DNA from: a virus
Virus record (IMG/VR): IMGVR_UViG_3300021962_000028
Location: 64,001-128,000 of that record
DNA: 64,000 bases
Direction: 5' to 3' (one strand)
The notes under the pieces were generated by a model. The model was not told the origin of the DNA and did no database searches. It worked only from the letters and a program-made list of their open reading frames with translations. Positions 10,999 to 21,196 of this stretch are shown piece by piece. Position 1 is the stretch's first letter. Every line of letters begins with the position of its first letter. A program made the position numbers and the translations under genes.

Positions 10999-11213
10999 TA
11001 CCCCTTTTTTTTATCATTAATTTTGTCTTTTTTATAATCTAAAAAATCAAGAAAAAACCCAACACCTACAATAATATTCATTCCCACAGACATTAGTATT
11101 TCATAAATGTCTTCATAGACATTCATAGTTAAGTGAATATGACCAACAATCCAAAAAGGTATTGATAGGTTTTGTGATATCCAAGAAAGAGAGTATCTTA
11201 TAAAATATTTCAT
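10995..11213 (-). CDS. Small membrane protein
   Basis: Two hydrophobic segments; TATTTATA motif upstream. Confidence 0.5.
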   Translation of the reverse strand: MKYFIRYSLSWISQNLSIPFWIVGHIHLTMNVYEDIYEILMSVGMNIIVGVGFFLDFLDYKKDKINDKKKGY

Positions 11214-11267
11214 ACTATAAATACCCTTTAATTAAAAAACCCCTCCGTTTCCGAAGGGGTTTTATTT

Positions 11268-12098
11268 TTACCAATATCTAAAGGTTGATGATTTTTGTCT
11301 TTCGTGTGTATATTTTTGATACCCTAATGACTCTATCATTTGTTTACCCATATCAACACCATTAAACGTATCTTCAACCACAACATACTCTTGGTTAGTG
11401 TGGTATCGGTAATATCCGATTGAGAAGTTAATACAGGAGAAATCAAACTTAGTCTTCAATGCGTATACATCTGTGTATGGGTGTACCATATACTGACGTT
11501 TCTCATTCATACTTTCGGTTATTACCTTATCACATTTTTCAAAGAATTCCCCTTCTTTATCAAATAATCTAGCACCATAACAAGTTTCAGTTACCATCCA
11601 ATTTTCGGGAGCGTCGAATTGAATTGCATATCCAACGTTAGTAAAGAAACTTGGGTCTGCCATTTTTGAACCGTGACAACCTGTTTCTTCAGATACAAAA
11701 AATGCGGCTTTAAGGTTTGGAAGTTCTTTTAGTAATTCAAAACAGGCAAATACCCCGCATTTATCATCACCACCAATTCCTGTTGGTAGTCCGTTATCGT
11801 TGTACGCTTTTAGTGAAAGTTTTAAATCACCGTTAGAATTAGGCAACATTTCTTCTCTAACATTAATAGTATCTAATTTGTGAACCGTATCAGTATGTGC
11901 GACGACACAAGGAAAAACAAAGTCTTCAGGAAGTTCTCCTGTTTGTTTTATAGCGTAAACATTTAAATGTTCGTCAACGTAGTGTTCAATATTATTAGAC
12001 TTTAACCAGTCAACAATAAACTGAACCATTAAATCTTCTTGATATGTGTAAGTAGGCACTGAAAGTACTTCCTTAAGTAACTGCAAATCTCTTGCCAT
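11268..12098 (-). CDS. M28/M20-family zinc peptidase
   Basis: AHTDTV, GGDDKCG, SEETGC, QFD and YH metal-ligand motifs. Confidence 0.8.
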   Translation of the reverse strand: MARDLQLLKEVLSVPTYTYQEDLMVQFIVDWLKSNNIEHYVDEHLNVYAIKQTGELPEDFVFPCVVAHTDTVHKLDTINVREEMLPNSNGDLKLSLKAYNDNGLPTGIGGDDKCGVFACFELLKELPNLKAAFFVSEETGCHGSKMADPSFFTNVGYAIQFDAPENWMVTETCYGARLFDKEGEFFEKCDKVITESMNEKRQYMVHPYTDVYALKTKFDFSCINFSIGYYRYHTNQEYVVVEDTFNGVDMGKQMIESLGYQKYTHERQKSSTFRYW

Positions 12099-12136
12099 AA
12101 TTTTAGTATATTAGACACAAAGATAAGTAAAATAAT

Positions 12137-13165
12137 TTAATCAAACAACTCTGGGTGGTATAAAAAATTATTAAATTGTTCTAAATCATAATCACCACGT
12201 TTAAAATCCATAGTACCCTTTTTCTTATATTCTAGTTCTATTTTATTGGTTTCAGGATTTATTCTTATGACTTTAAACATCATTTTATTTTCATCCTTAG
12301 GTCTACCATACCAAACATTGTATTTAAATTTTTTGGTAACGTAAGTTACTAATTTTTTGTATTCATCCAAATCTGCAAACTTATCACCATCCTCCATATC
12401 TGAGATGATGTTCTCCAACTGGTATTTTACTGACCTATTAAATGATTCGGAATCAAATTCATTAGACCCCATATATTCATACATATTACTCCAATAATCG
12501 CCATCAACTGATTTGTCGTGACCAACAGTTTTTAATAACGTTAATAAATCACTATTTTTATTACCGTACTTATCGTATAACTTAATTAATGAATCTACGG
12601 TTGTCATATATTTGTAAAAACAACCTTGGGTATTGTGAATACCGTTTTCTAAAAAAATATCACATAATTCTTTAGTAATTTCTTTCTCCATTGAGTTTTT
12701 CATCCCTGAGTCCATCTCAGATTCGTAATCACCAATAATATAATCAACACGATTATTAAACAACTCCTCAAGTAATCTACAAAATTCAACCGCTTGAGCA
12801 TCATCCTGTAAGTTTAAATTTGGGGCAATTAATCTTTTAATTTCCTCCATTAATTCTTTATTCTCATCATTAAAGTATGGAAAAACATAACCTTCTCTCC
12901 AATCTTCTTCCGCTCTATAACTGTCAAAAACTTCTAAATTACCGTAAGACGAATATAGATTATTTAAAAACCAAACATCATCATCGGATAAGTCAAATAA
13001 TTTAAAATACTGTTCGTCGTTTTCAAATTTCAAAGTAATAATACCGTTATCTCTAACATTAAATATTAATTCGTCATTTATCCCTTTACCATCAACTAAT
13101 CCTCTCTTAAACATATGCAATTGCATATATAACCAATCGGGATTTGATTCTTTTAGTATTTTCAT
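12137..13165 (-). CDS. Hypothetical protein with MKILKES leader
   Basis: 342-aa ORF after a TATTTAT motif. Confidence 0.6.
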   Translation of the reverse strand: MKILKESNPDWLYMQLHMFKRGLVDGKGINDELIFNVRDNGIITLKFENDEQYFKLFDLSDDDVWFLNNLYSSYGNLEVFDSYRAEEDWREGYVFPYFNDENKELMEEIKRLIAPNLNLQDDAQAVEFCRLLEELFNNRVDYIIGDYESEMDSGMKNSMEKEITKELCDIFLENGIHNTQGCFYKYMTTVDSLIKLYDKYGNKNSDLLTLLKTVGHDKSVDGDYWSNMYEYMGSNEFDSESFNRSVKYQLENIISDMEDGDKFADLDEYKKLVTYVTKKFKYNVWYGRPKDENKMMFKVIRINPETNKIELEYKKKGTMDFKRGDYDLEQFNNFLYHPELFD

Positions 13166-13222
13166 CTATATTTACTTTAACAATAAATACAACAAACATT
13201 TGGATATTTAAAAAACAAATTG

Positions 13223-13243
13223 TATCTTTGTAATGTTCTTTGA
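13223..13243 (+). promoter_or_regulatory. TAnnTTTG promoter plus boxA-like GTTCTTTGA upstream of tmRNA
   Basis: tatctttg at 13223-13230 and gttctttga at 13235-13243. Confidence 0.7.
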
Positions 13244-13249
13244 AAATAT

Positions 13250-13635
13250 GGGGATGAATGGAATCGATTGGCATTGTTGCGTATCGGTGGCACGTCGGAA
13301 CTGAATTAATTCCGTAAAAACTGATTCAAAACTGTAAACGGCAACGTTTTAGACAAAATGGCTCTATTAGGTCTTGTTAAACAAGATGAGCTTGTTTCTG
13401 TAGCGTAAGCACAAAAACATTCGGGTCGGCGGACTTATAACCTAGGAACAGAAGTCTTTATAGGTGTGGTTTCTATCTTAAAAGGAACAAGTGGAGGATT
13501 AGTTCTCAGTAAACCGAACCACTATAAAATAAGGGAATTGTGAATTTCGGAACATTAGAAAATGTTGACCTAAACGTGTAGTCACTTATATGTGAAGTGA
13601 ACAAGACGAGAGTTCGAATCTCTCCATCTCCACCA
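13250..13635 (+). ncRNA. ssrA: tmRNA; tag (A)GNVLDKMALLGLVKQDELVSVA
   Basis: 5' GGGGATG pairs with CATCTCC-A-CCA and contains G3.U70. GAGAGTTCGAATCTCTC T-arm. Resume context TAAAC-GGC, tag ORF 13340-13408. Confidence 0.92.
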
Positions 13636-13756
13636 TTAGAAATAAGGGATTTAATTATCCCTTATTTTTTTTTACTTATTGACAAATAATAATTGACTAA
13701 CTATATTTATAATCTAATCTAAACAATAAAACTTAACTAAAAACAAAAATCAAACA

Positions 13757-13921
13757 ATGAAAAAAGTATTTTTTGCAATCGGGGTAGTGGCTTTTTTATC
13801 ATCTTGTGGTGGTAATGCGTCTAAAACAGAAGGAACAAACGTTGATTCAACTACAGTTTCAACTGACACTACTAAAATGGTTGTAGATTCAACAAAAGTT
13901 GACACTACGTCAGTAAAATAA
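13757..13921 (+). CDS. Small lipoprotein (54 aa)
   Basis: Not in the ORF track. MKKVFFAIGVVAFLSSC lipobox followed by a DST/T-rich tail; TATTTAT upstream and a terminator downstream. Confidence 0.75.
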   Translation: MKKVFFAIGVVAFLSSCGGNASKTEGTNVDSTTVSTDTTKMVVDSTKVDTTSVK

Positions 13922-13969
13922 TTATTACTGAGCCTAAATAATAAACCCTCCAATCGGAGGGTTTTTTTA

Positions 13970-14557
13970 TTATACTAATTTTGAAAAGAAATCTTTAATA
14001 CCTGTTGAGGCGTTTGACACTAAGTCCTTGAGTTTTGTATTTCCAACTTTATAATCCATTATTTTAGATAACAGATTTTCATCATCATCTGTTTTATAAT
14101 CAATTTTATAATTACCGTTGGCGTACTCCTCCTCAATCCACATAATTAATTCCACTATTTTTTCCTCATCGCCGCTAATATCAACACCAGCACCTACTTC
14201 AGGTTCTCCTGGAAATGTTTTATAATGGAAACTACCTACGGCGTGTACATTATCAACCTTACCATTTGGGTCTTTTTTAGCGTAAGGATTTTCGGTAGTT
14301 CTTAAACCCATACTATCCGCCTTATCAATTACCTTTATTGCAACATCTCTATCGGTAAATCCAAGGTGTAAATGGTCTTCGTGACCTGACCAAGTAATTC
14401 CGTTAATTCGAGTCCCGTGGTCATATCCGTGGCCAATTTCCCCTCCTGTCTTTGTCGCAGGATTATAAACTAACTCATCAACCCCCTCAATGTCTGATTC
14501 ATTGATGTTCATTAATTCTCTATTTCTTTTAATTTCTTCTATTAAATTCTGTCTCAT
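13970..14557 (-). CDS. Putative LAS-type Zn peptidase with N-terminal virion leader
   Basis: WSGHEDHLHLG and HAVGSFHY...GVDI motifs; MRQNLIEEIKRNRELMNINES leader. Confidence 0.5.
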   Translation of the reverse strand: MRQNLIEEIKRNRELMNINESDIEGVDELVYNPATKTGGEIGHGYDHGTRINGITWSGHEDHLHLGFTDRDVAIKVIDKADSMGLRTTENPYAKKDPNGKVDNVHAVGSFHYKTFPGEPEVGAGVDISGDEEKIVELIMWIEEEYANGNYKIDYKTDDDENLLSKIMDYKVGNTKLKDLVSNASTGIKDFFSKLV

Positions 14558-14574
14558 AATATTAAATATTTGTA

Positions 14575-15288
14575 TTAAACTAATCCTATTGATATTCTAA
14601 AAACTTCTTCCATCCAATAAGGTAAGTCAATACCTGCATCGTCAAAATAAAAGTTTCTTGGCCATTTATCGAAGGTATTAGATAGGGCTTCTTTTATATT
14701 TTTATATTCGGGGAAATTTTCTTGAATAAATTCTTCGTCAACATCTCCCTCTAATTGTTGTAAATCATATTCAATCTTAGGTTCAGTACCTTTAACTCTG
14801 AACGTTAAATCTAAAAATAATTCATCTCTAAAATCACTAACCCCTATTCTTGGAATAAATTTACCGAATATCTTAAGGTGTTCTTGTTTTCCGTGATGAT
14901 GGTTAACATTTAAAGTTGTAATATCTTGTAAGTTATGAAGTAACTCAGATTTAAATGAATTTGTTATATAAAATATTTCACTAAACGGGACCTCAGAACC
15001 CAGTATATGAAAAACGTCTTGAATTCCTTTTTGTTGGCCAACATAACTAACATATATATGGTTTGGTTCAAATGAAATATACTCTGAAAGTTTTTCAACT
15101 TCAGTTCTTAAATTAACCCCAATTATTAATAAGTTATATGGGACATCACCAACATTTTCAATATCAAATACGACTCTAATGTTATCATACATATCTGATT
15201 CAACGCTAAGAATATTAACTATTAGTCCTGGAGAAAATTCTTTCCCATTAATAAAGTGTTTAAGTATTTTTTCTAAACCTGTTACCAT
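14575..15288 (-). CDS. Hypothetical protein
   Basis: 237-aa ORF. Confidence 0.55.
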   Translation of the reverse strand: MVTGLEKILKHFINGKEFSPGLIVNILSVESDMYDNIRVVFDIENVGDVPYNLLIIGVNLRTEVEKLSEYISFEPNHIYVSYVGQQKGIQDVFHILGSEVPFSEIFYITNSFKSELLHNLQDITTLNVNHHHGKQEHLKIFGKFIPRIGVSDFRDELFLDLTFRVKGTEPKIEYDLQQLEGDVDEEFIQENFPEYKNIKEALSNTFDKWPRNFYFDDAGIDLPYWMEEVFRISIGLV

Positions 15289-15329
15289 ATGTTATAAATA
15301 CTGGTATTTATAATTAAATTAAAACTATA

Positions 15330-16109
15330 ATGAAACTATTAACCTTAGCGAAAGCCGTTCAGCCTTTTATTCAAAAAAATATCACATTAGAAGGGATATA
15401 TAAAGAAATTTTAACTAATAAATCATTACCTTTCACAACAATGTTAAAACCTATCGATTTGATTAAATTAGTTTTTTTAGCCAAAAAAGTATCAAACGGT
15501 GAAGACCCAAGAGAAATAATGACACAATTAGATAATAATATTTTTCTTTTCTCAACTGTAGAATTTGGAGATAATAACCAAACAATAGATTGTGAAGAAT
15601 GCCAAGGAGACCCTAGTGTTGAATGTACTTGGTGTGATGGTACTGGTGAAACCGATTGTGATGAATGTGATGGTTCAGGTGAGGATGAGGAAGGAAACTC
15701 GTGTGATGAATGTCAAGGAGGGGGTAAAGTTGAGTGTAATAACTGTGACGGTGAAGGGACTCAAGAGTGCGGATATTGTGATGGTCAAGGATATAATGAG
15801 ACTGAGGATTATACCCCATATGATATTGGGTACTATGTATCATATGATGAAACTCTTAAAAACTCATTACAACAAAGATTATTAAGAAATAACACTGAAG
15901 ACCCAATTTTTAATTCCAAAAAAACATTCTTACTGTCAGTTAATCAAATAGGTGTTGATGAGGGTGATAGTGAAAGTATTAAAGATAATTTCGCAAATAC
16001 AACACACTTATTAGAGATAAATGATGAAGAAGTAAGTGAAAGTCTAATTTATGGAAACGGTAGAATACTACCTACAGGGTTTTTTGATAGTTTAAGTGAA
16101 TTTATGTAA
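15330..16109 (+). CDS. Protein with DnaJ-type CxxCxGxG zinc-finger repeats
   Basis: Six CxxCxG(xG) repeats and no J-domain HPD motif. Confidence 0.7.
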   Translation: MKLLTLAKAVQPFIQKNITLEGIYKEILTNKSLPFTTMLKPIDLIKLVFLAKKVSNGEDPREIMTQLDNNIFLFSTVEFGDNNQTIDCEECQGDPSVECTWCDGTGETDCDECDGSGEDEEGNSCDECQGGGKVECNNCDGEGTQECGYCDGQGYNETEDYTPYDIGYYVSYDETLKNSLQQRLLRNNTEDPIFNSKKTFLLSVNQIGVDEGDSESIKDNFANTTHLLEINDEEVSESLIYGNGRILPTGFFDSLSEFM

Positions 16110-16715
16110 TTACTTCTCTAAATGACCCATCAAAACACCACCTATTGCGGTTGCGTGAACTTGTAAGTGATTTACAGATTCCATATCAAGTTTGGTCTTT
16201 CTTTTGGTAAAATCCAATCCTAAAGTACCAATAAATTTATCATCAATAGTTTTTATTGAAAATAAGAATCCTGATTTACATCCTGTATCTTCGGCAATAT
16301 ATTTTAAACCGTAGGTTGGGATTGTTTCATCTTTAAAATCAGGGATTTCAATCACATCGTTTTCGTATAATTGATTAATAGACTTGCTAAATAAATTAAC
16401 AGGGATATTTTGAAAATTTAATTGTATTGAATTTACGGAAGGTGATACCGTCTCATAGATAATACTAAATTTAGCCATCGATTTACCTGTTGGGTAAAAG
16501 TGTCCACCATTGTGAAATTGCATTATCCAAACTCTATCCGCTTTAAATTCTTCCTTAATATGTTCAATTTTTGAGGTAATTAATTCACTAACTTGTAGTG
16601 CCTCTTTAACCATATCAGGTTTTTCTTTTTTCTTTTCTAACTTACTCTTTAAGTATAAAAGAACCACAGGACCTAATACCCCCGTTATAAATGCTACAAT
16701 TACTTCACTTGACAT
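16110..16715 (-). CDS. N-terminal TM helix plus GAF-like domain (T4 holin T-like architecture)
   Basis: Hydrophobic N-terminus; ADRVWIMQFHNG...FIGTLGLDF GAF-like pattern. Confidence 0.55.
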   Translation of the reverse strand: MSSEVIVAFITGVLGPVVLLYLKSKLEKKKEKPDMVKEALQVSELITSKIEHIKEEFKADRVWIMQFHNGGHFYPTGKSMAKFSIIYETVSPSVNSIQLNFQNIPVNLFSKSINQLYENDVIEIPDFKDETIPTYGLKYIAEDTGCKSGFLFSIKTIDDKFIGTLGLDFTKRKTKLDMESVNHLQVHATAIGGVLMGHLEK

Positions 16716-16784
16716 TAACTAATCTTTTGTTTTATGTTTTATAAATATCCTATTATAAAAAAAAATACGACATTATGTCGTATT

Positions 16785-17867
16785 TTAAAGTTTTTCAAAT
16801 TTAGGTTTTAGATATTTCCATATCATATGGTCATATGGTTTTCTATCCCACATTGCAAAACATAGTGATTTAACCTTAGGGTGTACCTTATTAAGTTCTA
16901 AATGTTCCGCAAATTCTTTTTTAGTCGGCTCAACTTCTTTATCCCCATATTTACCATATCTAAAATAATCGTGCATCTTACCTGCGTATTCTGAGTAACG
17001 ATAATGGTTATAATTCAAAGTTGAAACATACTGTTTTACTTTTTTGTAAAATTCGTCAGGAACGTCTTTAAGATAGTCCTCCATTTTACCTCCAGAACTT
17101 AAAACTTCCCAAACACCAGTTGTAGATAGATTAGTCATTATTTTATGAAGACGAAGATATTCTTCACCTTTTATCTTCATTCTATCTCCATTAGAGAATC
17201 TAACGACAAACCCTTCTTTATTATCCGCAATGGCGTGTTTCAAGTAAGTGTAGTCAGAAATTCCATCGTATTTTCTAACAATATTAAATCCTAAGTTGTT
17301 CAGAAGGTTTTTAAACCTAACATCCTCATTATTACCTGAATGGATGTTAACCTCATCACCATCTTTAGTGTGTATCATCCCTAATAATACCAAATCTTCA
17401 AAATCGTAAGAACAAACTATTCTATTTTCAGGATAGATTATCTCAAACAAATAAGTATAGTCAGGGTTTAATCTGTTATAATCGTATTTCTGAAGTAACT
17501 TAGTACCTTTAACCGCTTGGTCAGAAGTAAAAGAACCACGAGTAGCAAGAACCCACTCACCTTTATAGTTGAACAGTATCCCTAAAGAACCATCCATTTT
17601 TTCATAAACATCAAACTCTTCAGTTGGGGTGTGTTGGTTTTCTTCTATGTTAAAAAACTTCTTAAATGGTCTTGCAACGACATTACCTTCATTATCAGTA
17701 ACCAAACCACGGCATTGTTTAGTAACGTCATCCCAAAATTTATATTGGTTGTTACCTTCACCGTATTGAACCTTTGGAGTGTAGTTCCATATAGTCAAAG
17801 GAAGGGTAGGATGCACTTGTTTTTGCACCAACTCTTTCTCATAATATTTGTTCAATTGTTCTAACAT
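16785..17867 (-). CDS. RNA ligase, T4 Rnl1 family
   Basis: QCRGL, PFKKFFN, EKMDGS adenylation motif, ATRGSF, FEII, EGFVV, KIK. Confidence 0.88.
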   Translation of the reverse strand: MLEQLNKYYEKELVQKQVHPTLPLTIWNYTPKVQYGEGNNQYKFWDDVTKQCRGLVTDNEGNVVARPFKKFFNIEENQHTPTEEFDVYEKMDGSLGILFNYKGEWVLATRGSFTSDQAVKGTKLLQKYDYNRLNPDYTYLFEIIYPENRIVCSYDFEDLVLLGMIHTKDGDEVNIHSGNNEDVRFKNLLNNLGFNIVRKYDGISDYTYLKHAIADNKEGFVVRFSNGDRMKIKGEEYLRLHKIMTNLSTTGVWEVLSSGGKMEDYLKDVPDEFYKKVKQYVSTLNYNHYRYSEYAGKMHDYFRYGKYGDKEVEPTKKEFAEHLELNKVHPKVKSLCFAMWDRKPYDHMIWKYLKPKFEKL

Positions 17868-17894
17868 ACTACAAAGATAATATTTTTTATTTAA

Positions 17895-18131
17895 TTACCA
17901 ACTATCAACGTCGGTTAAATCTAATTCTGTTCTTGTTTTGTGGCTATACACCGCAATTCCACTACCAATACCTGTTGGTGTTATTTTCCAAGTGAATGTA
18001 CCATATTCACCATAAATCGCTTTAATGTGTGATAACCACTCATCATACATTTTCTGTTGTTTCTCGCTGAGCTCCTCGTGTATCACGGTTTTTCTCGTAT
18101 TCTTTCCTCCCATCGCATTTAGTTTTTTCAT
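17895..18131 (-). CDS. Hypothetical protein (start uncertain)
   Basis: C-terminal TPTGIG...LDLTDVDSW resembles a recurring phage motif. Confidence 0.5.
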   Translation of the reverse strand: MKKLNAMGGKNTRKTVIHEELSEKQQKMYDEWLSHIKAIYGEYGTFTWKITPTGIGSGIAVYSHKTRTELDLTDVDSW

Positions 18132-18260
18132 TTATATTCCAAAGTTCTTTTCCTCCATTTTTCATATGACAGTTATGGGGTTTATCCATTCGTTTGGAGA
18201 ACCCAACAATCATATCATTATGTTTATTCCTTACAACCCAAGGACATTCTTTACAACTCA

Positions 18261-18920
18261 TTACCCTACAACCCCCGTTAATTCATCTAAGTGATGGTCG
18301 TTACCAATTTCAGACACTTTGTCTCTGTGACGTAATAATGGAACTACTTCTCTCATAACGTTGTACGGTCTGAACTCAGGGTGTCCATCCATCCCCACAT
18401 CCATACGTTGACCTTTACCAAATCTCAAACTAGTCGGTAGGTGACAATGTCCGTGAAGGTGCATAACACCCTTGTTTAATCCGTCCCAAGAGCTAATTGG
18501 GTAGTGCATCAAACGGAATGTGTGTTCTGCAATTTTCAAAGTGTTATAATGTGAAACACTTTTGAAATAACCTTGGCATCCTTGTCGGTTGTTTTCAATG
18601 TGGTGGTCGTGATTACCAAGAATAAGGTGAATGTTTTTACAAACAATTCGGTCCCAAAATTCTTTAATAGATTCAAACCCACCAAATGACCAGTCTCCAA
18701 GACAGATTAAGATGTCGTCTTGCATAACATTTTCATTAATGTTATTTACGATTGACGCATTCATTTTATCTAACGATTCAAAATCACGAGTCTGTGAAAT
18801 TGGAATCGACCCGTCAGGCATACGCCAATTTGTAGTGCCACGACATATGTTTTTGTGATTGTAATGTGGGTCTGAAAAAATCCACACATTACCTTTAAAA
18901 TCTTTATCTATTTTAATCAT
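18261..18920 (-). CDS. Calcineurin-like metallophosphoesterase
   Basis: SDPH, LGD, GNHD, MHYP, HGHCH motifs. Confidence 0.88.
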   Translation of the reverse strand: MIKIDKDFKGNVWIFSDPHYNHKNICRGTTNWRMPDGSIPISQTRDFESLDKMNASIVNNINENVMQDDILICLGDWSFGGFESIKEFWDRIVCKNIHLILGNHDHHIENNRQGCQGYFKSVSHYNTLKIAEHTFRLMHYPISSWDGLNKGVMHLHGHCHLPTSLRFGKGQRMDVGMDGHPEFRPYNVMREVVPLLRHRDKVSEIGNDHHLDELTGVVG

Positions 18921-18921
18921 C

Positions 18922-19383
18922 TTATTCCGCTAATTTCTTATTACTAAATTCTTTAATACCTGTAACCTCATATAATATTTCCTTCTCAATATATCTTGGA
19001 AAACTGATTTTATCGTTTAGGTCTTTTAATTCGACCTCTAAGATTATTATGTTAATTCCGTTATACTTGTCAATCTCAAATTTATGTCCCTTATATTTAA
19101 TTACGGTTCTTGTTTTATTTATATGTAACGAATTACTTAAATTTAATTCATTAAACTCTTCTTGAGTCAATGTTATCTCCTCCTCCTGATTAACACCTTT
19201 AGAGATATTTGTTTTTTTTGTTTTGAATATCTGTACGTCACCTGTAGGGGTCTCAACTTGATATCTATAACGATACCCATCTGAATGATACCACTGTTCA
19301 ATTTGATAAACAGTGTTAATTCTTTCTAATCTTGGGAATCTTTTTAACAAAAATTTTCGTTCTATCTCTTTAAATGTTTTCAT
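18922..19383 (-). CDS. CYTH-domain protein
   Basis: EIERKF N-terminal motif, K.R, EID, EVE, EVTG..EFSN..LA. Confidence 0.85.
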   Translation of the reverse strand: MKTFKEIERKFLLKRFPRLERINTVYQIEQWYHSDGYRYRYQVETPTGDVQIFKTKKTNISKGVNQEEEITLTQEEFNELNLSNSLHINKTRTVIKYKGHKFEIDKYNGINIIILEVELKDLNDKISFPRYIEKEILYEVTGIKEFSNKKLAE

Positions 19384-19868
19384 ACTAATTCCATTTCTTT
19401 TTTAAACCATTTAGGTGTTTCTCGATTTTTCCATACCGCGAATCCTGATTTTGCACCAATATAATAATTTCGATACGATTCAACAACGGATTTAACTTTA
19501 TACTCGTCAGGCATTGCTTTTGGTGGTTCAGTAAATCCTTTGTCACAAATGTTTGGTTTATTTGTTACACACCACTCAATCACATCCTGTGATTTATGTC
19601 GTTTTTCATATCGGTAAGTATACTCTTTACACAACTCTAAACCCAGTTCACAAAGATACAAATAATTTGTCAAACTTTCACGAGTCCATATCGCACAAGG
19701 ATGATTTTTATGTGATAATTTGTAAGGAACTTGTGGGGTAACTTGTGGGGTTAAATGGTGAACACCACACAATAATTGAGCGGTTTCAAGTATCATTTTA
19801 ACTACGTGTTTATCACAATGATATTCCGCACATTTTTTTAAATCAAAATCAAGAAAAAATATATTCAT
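19380..19868 (-). CDS. Pyrimidine-dimer DNA glycosylase/endonuclease V-like protein
   Basis: MNIFFLD...HCDKHVVKMILETAQLL...HKNHPC..W...EY..RY.K.H...YR.YY. Confidence 0.8.
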   Translation of the reverse strand: MNIFFLDFDLKKCAEYHCDKHVVKMILETAQLLCGVHHLTPQVTPQVPYKLSHKNHPCAIWTRESLTNYLYLCELGLELCKEYTYRYEKRHKSQDVIEWCVTNKPNICDKGFTEPPKAMPDEYKVKSVVESYRNYYIGAKSGFAVWKNRETPKWFKKEMELV

Positions 19869-20101
19869 TATGTATTAAATTGTTCCCACCAAGTAGGAAT
19901 GTTAACTAATATGGCAACCTCAACAATTACCATTAAAACTCTACCGAAAGTTGTTGTAAACGCCCACCAATGAAATGGATTAAAGTCCCAAGCTATAAAA
20001 CTACCAAGTAGGTAAAAAATCCCGTTAGCTATTACTAACGGGAGTGTTATCATCCAAATCACTTCTAAAAATGCGTTTATTTTATACTTCAACTTTTCCA
20101 T
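19868..20101 (-). CDS. Small membrane protein
   Basis: Two hydrophobic helices. Confidence 0.5.
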   Translation of the reverse strand: MEKLKYKINAFLEVIWMITLPLVIANGIFYLLGSFIAWDFNPFHWWAFTTTFGRVLMVIVEVAILVNIPTWWEQFNT

Positions 20102-20102
20102 A

Positions 20103-20513
20103 TTATACTGTGTGTTCTATTTGTACTCTAATACAATCTTGAGGTAATCGATTGATATGTCGGTAGTTATTAATATACCCCATCATATTTGCACTGCCAA
20201 TAGCATTCGCAGAGTGGACTACAACGTTCACAACAGGTTTACCGTCCATCCATTGTTCCACTAACCATTTAGTACAATCCATACCTGTTTTTTCGGTGAT
20301 GTTATCGTAGTTCAATTCGTAGTTATGGTAAACATTTTTATGCCACTCCGCCATTGCAGTGTCACCTAAATCGTGGTCCAAAGAAATCAAACTAATATTT
20401 TCCAATCCAATCTCGGTCACTTTTTCTACAAATTCATCGTAAGAACGAACAACAACCCATTGGTCTTTTTCAACAGGAGTTCTTACATCATCCAAATATA
20501 TTCTTTGTTTCAT
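20103..20513 (-). CDS. Cyclic-phosphate-processing receiver-like domain protein
   Basis: IYLDDVR...ISLDHDLG...TGMD...VHSAN..G; start reassigned to MKQRIY. Confidence 0.75.
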   Translation of the reverse strand: MKQRIYLDDVRTPVEKDQWVVVRSYDEFVEKVTEIGLENISLISLDHDLGDTAMAEWHKNVYHNYELNYDNITEKTGMDCTKWLVEQWMDGKPVVNVVVHSANAIGSANMMGYINNYRHINRLPQDCIRVQIEHTV

Positions 20514-20559
20514 ACTATAATTTTTTTTACTAATTTTCTTCATTTGACAAATATATGGA

Positions 20560-21060
20560 TTAACTACCAACTTTCCAAGCGAAGTTTACAATCTTTCTTT
20601 TTTTAACTGCGTCTTCAGTATTACCAATAACAACACCATCTTTAATTGTAAACGCGTGTCTACTAACACACATAACATAAGTTCCTTTTGGGTATTTTTT
20701 AATAAAAGTACCTACGGTCATTTTACGATTAACTTTCTTACCTTTTACTGTAACAGTATACTCAAGAGTGTTGAAAGACGAATGTTCAATAGGTTTCCCC
20801 ATTTCTTTACAACATTTACGACCAATACGAACACGGTCTTTAGCGAATTTATTCATTCCAGGAATGAATCCAAAAGTACCTTGTCTTGGTTTACGTCCAA
20901 ATTTATCAGCAACAAATTTATGAGCCTTATCATATTCAATATCAAATGCCGATGCTATCGCACGAACAACACAGTCATTAGTTTCAGATTTTGCGATAGA
21001 AGAATTATCATAACCTTTAATCGCTTCGGATGTCTTACAGTATGGTAGTTGATTTTTCAT
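20560..21060 (-). CDS. Hypothetical phage protein (DCVVRAI family)
   Basis: NDCVVRAI...H...DG Cys/His pattern. Confidence 0.55.
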   Translation of the reverse strand: MKNQLPYCKTSEAIKGYDNSSIAKSETNDCVVRAIASAFDIEYDKAHKFVADKFGRKPRQGTFGFIPGMNKFAKDRVRIGRKCCKEMGKPIEHSSFNTLEYTVTVKGKKVNRKMTVGTFIKKYPKGTYVMCVSRHAFTIKDGVVIGNTEDAVKKRKIVNFAWKVGS

Positions 21061-21105
21061 AAGACAAAGATATGAAGAATATTTTAATTGGCAAAGAAAA
21101 ATATG

Positions 21106-21191
21106 CGGAAGATGAGGGGCTCGAACCCTCGCGACTTTAACATCCTACCTGTTTAGCAAACAGGCCCCTTCACCAACTTGGGTAATCTTCC
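21106..21191 (-). tRNA. tRNA-Ser(GCT)
   Basis: Cloverleaf, CCTGT-TT-GCT-AA-ACAGG, long variable arm. Confidence 0.92.
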
Positions 21192-21196
21192 AATAG

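Noticed and set aside
13750-13953. 67-aa minus-strand ORF
   Set aside because: The opposite strand encodes a clear lipoprotein with a promoter motif and a terminator.
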